From the NCBI GenBank assembly GCA_963663235.2, contig CAXXNO010000004.1:608001-672000 (forward strand): a stretch of DNA of 64,000 nt, in the 5' to 3' direction. The DNA comes from Dehalococcoidia bacterium. Lineage in GTDB: Bacteria > Chloroflexota > Dehalococcoidia > Bin125. The notes under the pieces were generated by a model. It was not told the origin of the DNA. It worked only from the letters and a program-made list of their open reading frames with translations, and made no database searches. The number at the start of each line of letters is the position of its first letter. Within the stretch, counting starts at the first letter, position 1. Both the position numbers and the translations under genes were made by a program. Positions 61,578 to 64,000 of the stretch are shown here, in pieces.

Positions 61578-62953
61578 CGCGACGCTCCGATCGTCCCCAG
61601 CGCCTCGACCAGCCCGTCGATGTGCTCGCGGGGGGTGGCTTCGGTGACGCAGAACAGGAGCGCGTCGCGCGCTTCCGGCTCGGGCCGCGCGGAGACGTCG
61701 AGCCCGCCTGTGATGCCGCGCTCCGCCAGGCTGCGGTGGAGGTCGGCCGCCGGCATCGGGCCGCGCACCAGGAACTCCTGGAACCACGGCCCGCGCTCCA
61801 TCACCCGGTAACCCGGCAGCGCCTCGATCCGCGCCGCCGCGTCGTGTGCCTTCTGGTAGCACAGCTCCGCCAGGTCGCGCAGCCCCTGCGGGCCCAGCGC
61901 TTGCAGGGTGATGGTGAACGCCAGCGCCAGCAGCGACTGCCCGGTGGAGAAGTTCGACGTCGCCCGCTCCCGCCGGATGAACTGCTCCCGCGCCTGCAGG
62001 GTCAGGACGTAGCCGGTGCGCGGGGCGCCTTCGCTTCCATCGGCGTGCCGCCGGCCGTGCAGCTCCTGGGTCCGTCCCACGATGCGTCCGGGCACCTGCC
62101 GCAGGAACGCCTGCCGGGCGGCGAAGAGCCCCAGCGACGGCCCGCCGAACCCCATCGGGCCCGCCAGGTCGCGCCCCTCGCCGGTGACGATGTCCGCTCC
62201 CGCGTCACCGGGAGCGCGCAGCAATCCCAACGACAGCGGCTCCGCCACCACGATGCACAGCGCGCCGGCGGCATGCGCGGCGGCGGCGATCGGCTCAAGG
62301 TCCCCGATCCCGCCCAGGTGGTCCGGTTGCTGCACTACCAGGGCGGCGTGCGCATCGCCCACCGCTTCCGCCGCCTTGATCGTGTCCACGCGGATCCCGG
62401 CCCCATACCCGTACGCCCGCACCACGTCGACCGTGTGCGGGTGCAGCGGTTCCAGAACTGCCACCGCGCTGCGCTTGCTGACTCGGGCGGCCAGCAGGCA
62501 CGCCTCGGCCGTGGCGCTGGCCGCGTCGTAGAGCCCGGTGTTGGAGACGTCCAGGCCCGTCAGCTCGCAGACGACTGATTGATACTCGAAGGCGCTTTGC
62601 AGCGTGCCCTGGCTGATCTCCGGCTGGTACGGCGTGTACGCGGTGACGAATTCCGACTGCGATGTCAGCGCCGCCGTGATCGTCGGCACGCCGCGCCGGT
62701 AGGCGCCGGCCCCCAGGAAGCAGGGGCGATCCGCGCCCGTTCGGTTGAGCGCGGCGCGACTCTCCAGCAGCCGAAGCAGCTCCATCTCCGCTAACCGCTG
62801 CGGCAGCTCGATCGCCGGGTCGCGCAGGGCCGCCGGCAGGTCCTGAAACAGCGCCGCCATGTCGGGTAGGCCGATGCGCGCCAGCATCCGCGCCCGGTCA
62901 TCGTCGGTGTTGGGGATGTACGGCGTCGGCGCGCGGCCTCCGGAGTCGGCCAC
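61574..62953 (-). CDS. gcvPA: Glycine dehydrogenase (decarboxylating) subunit 1
   Basis: YIP.T..D...ML, FLGAG.Y, EF.TAYTPYQPEISQGTLQ, FGGP.LG, PGRIVG.T, LTLQAREQ.IRRE.ATSN. Confidence 0.95.
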   Translation of the reverse strand: MADSGGRAPTPYIPNTDDDRARMLARIGLPDMAALFQDLPAALRDPAIELPQRLAEMELLRLLESRAALNRTGADRPCFLGAGAYRRGVPTITAALTSQSEFVTAYTPYQPEISQGTLQSAFEYQSVVCELTGLDVSNTGLYDAASATAEACLLAARVSKRSAVAVLEPLHPHTVDVVRAYGYGAGIRVDTIKAAEAVGDAHAALVVQQPDHLGGIGDLEPIAAAAHAAGALCIVVAEPLSLGLLRAPGDAGADIVTGEGRDLAGPMGFGGPSLGLFAARQAFLRQVPGRIVGRTQELHGRRHADGSEGAPRTGYVLTLQAREQFIRRERATSNFSTGQSLLALAFTITLQALGPQGLRDLAELCYQKAHDAAARIEALPGYRVMERGPWFQEFLVRGPMPAADLHRSLAERGITGGLDVSARPEPEARDALLFCVTEATPREHIDGLVEALGTIGASR

Positions 62954-62955
62954 TG

Positions 62956-63339
62956 TTACTCGCCCGCGGTCTCGCTTCGATAGGCGGCGGCGTCCAGGAG
63001 ATCGCCCACTTCGCCGCTGTCCGCCAATCGCACCTTGATCAGCCACCCCGCATCATACGGCGACTGATTCACGATCTCCGGCGCCTCCGCGGCGGCGGCG
63101 TTTCGCTCGCTGATCTCGCCGCTCACGGGCGCGAACAGGTCCGAGACGGCCTTGACCGATTCGATGACGCCGAAGCTCTCGCCTCTGACGATGGTGCTGC
63201 CCGGCTCCGGCAGCTCCACATAGACGATGTCGCCCAGCTGGTCCTGCGCGTAGTCCGTAATGCCGATGGTCCCTTCATCCCCTTCGATCCGGATCCATTC
63301 GTGGTTGGACGTATAGAACAGTGTGTCGGGGATCTCCAT
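62956..63339 (-). CDS. gcvH: Glycine cleavage system H protein
   Basis: Y...HEW, GITDYAQ.QLGD.VYVELP, lipoyl site ESVKAVSD, N..PY..GW. Confidence 0.96.
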   Translation of the reverse strand: MEIPDTLFYTSNHEWIRIEGDEGTIGITDYAQDQLGDIVYVELPEPGSTIVRGESFGVIESVKAVSDLFAPVSGEISERNAAAAEAPEIVNQSPYDAGWLIKVRLADSGEVGDLLDAAAYRSETAGE

Positions 63340-63350
63340 GGCGCGCTGTC

Positions 63351-64000
63351 CTAGGGCCCCGACGCCGGTCGCGTGTAGAACGGCCGTGGCACCACCTGCA
63401 TCGGCAGCGACCGCCCCCGCACGTCGACTGTGAGCGGCGTGCCGGCCTTCGCCAGAGTCGCGGGCAGATAGGCCATGCCGATGCCCGTCCGTAGCGTGGG
63501 GCTGTGCGCGCCGCTGGTCAAGGTCGCCACGGGCTCGCCGTCCGCGTCGGCGGGATCGTGGACGGCATAGCCGGTGCGCGGCACGCCCCGCTCCAGCGCC
63601 CGCAGGTGGCTCAGCTTCCGTGTCCGCGGCGCGCCCTTCAATCGCGCCAGGGCGTCGCGCCCGCTGAACGGTTCCCCGTCCTGGAGCGATACGGCCCAGC
63701 CCAGGCCCGCTTCGTATGGGGTCGTCGTCTCGTCGATGTCGTGGCCGTGCAGCGGCAGCGCCGCCTCCAGGCGGAGCGTGTCCCGCGCCCCCAGCCCTGT
63801 CGCCCGAACCCCCGCGTCCAGCAGCGCTTCCCAGAGCGCCCTGGCGGTCGCGGGGTCGCTGATGCACTCCCCCCCGTCTTCCCCCGTGTAGCCCGTGCGG
63901 GCGAAGAGGACGCGACCGCTTTGCCAAGGAACCTCCAGACACCGGTGCAGCGCCACGTCGCCCAGAGCCGGGCCCAGGACCTGCCTGAGCGCGTCCATGG
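63351..64000 (-). CDS. gcvT: Glycine cleavage system T protein (5' truncated by window)
   Basis: RTGYTGEDG.E, GLGARDTLRLEA.LPL.G, P.EAGL.W, TSG..SPTL..GIG.AY, PFY. Confidence 0.95.
   Translation of the reverse strand, partial: MDALRQVLGPALGDVALHRCLEVPWQSGRVLFARTGYTGEDGGECISDPATARALWEALLDAGVRATGLGARDTLRLEAALPLHGHDIDETTTPYEAGLGWAVSLQDGEPFSGRDALARLKGAPRTRKLSHLRALERGVPRTGYAVHDPADADGEPVATLTSGAHSPTLRTGIGMAYLPATLAKAGTPLTVDVRGRSLPMQVVPRPFYTRPASGP

Overview
High-GC bacterial chromosomal window. Gene content and style suggest Chloroflexota, probably Dehalococcoidia-like (inference, not a database result). Most of it is core genome: an acyl-CoA catabolic cluster (3 crotonases, acyl-CoA ligase, FadF/HdrD-like Fe-S oxidoreductase, etfBA), coaE, cinA, comB, pyrF, a full F1Fo atp operon, murA, mreB, rex, gyrA, hsp20-lon, tsaE-tsaB-ndk, rsfS, mnmA, two tRNA-Ser, larA and gcvT-H-PA-PB. 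Best leads: (1) an OsmC-like gene whose catalytic-Cys position is an in-frame TGA (likely selenoprotein, split in two by the ORF track), last in an operon after two tandem double-SnoaL/NTF2 genes; (2) a CbbQ/NorQ ATPase - metallophosphoesterase - 1079-aa solenoid-VWA module with no RuBisCO or NO reductase in the window; (3) ATP synthase subunit a with a ~220-aa acidic insertion, plus a HAD phosphatase inside the atp operon; (4) a lower-GC XhoI/PaeR7I-type restriction-modification cassette with a perfect LexA-type box in its promoter; (5) recurrent 15-bp-period and REP-like repeats at gene 3' ends; (6) two pairs of paralogous microproteins and an MFS gene collapsed to its first and last helices. 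Two +1 frameshifts (tsaB, an orphan) suggest sequencing indels, so single-base claims need read-level checks. No CRISPR, integrase or transposase seen.
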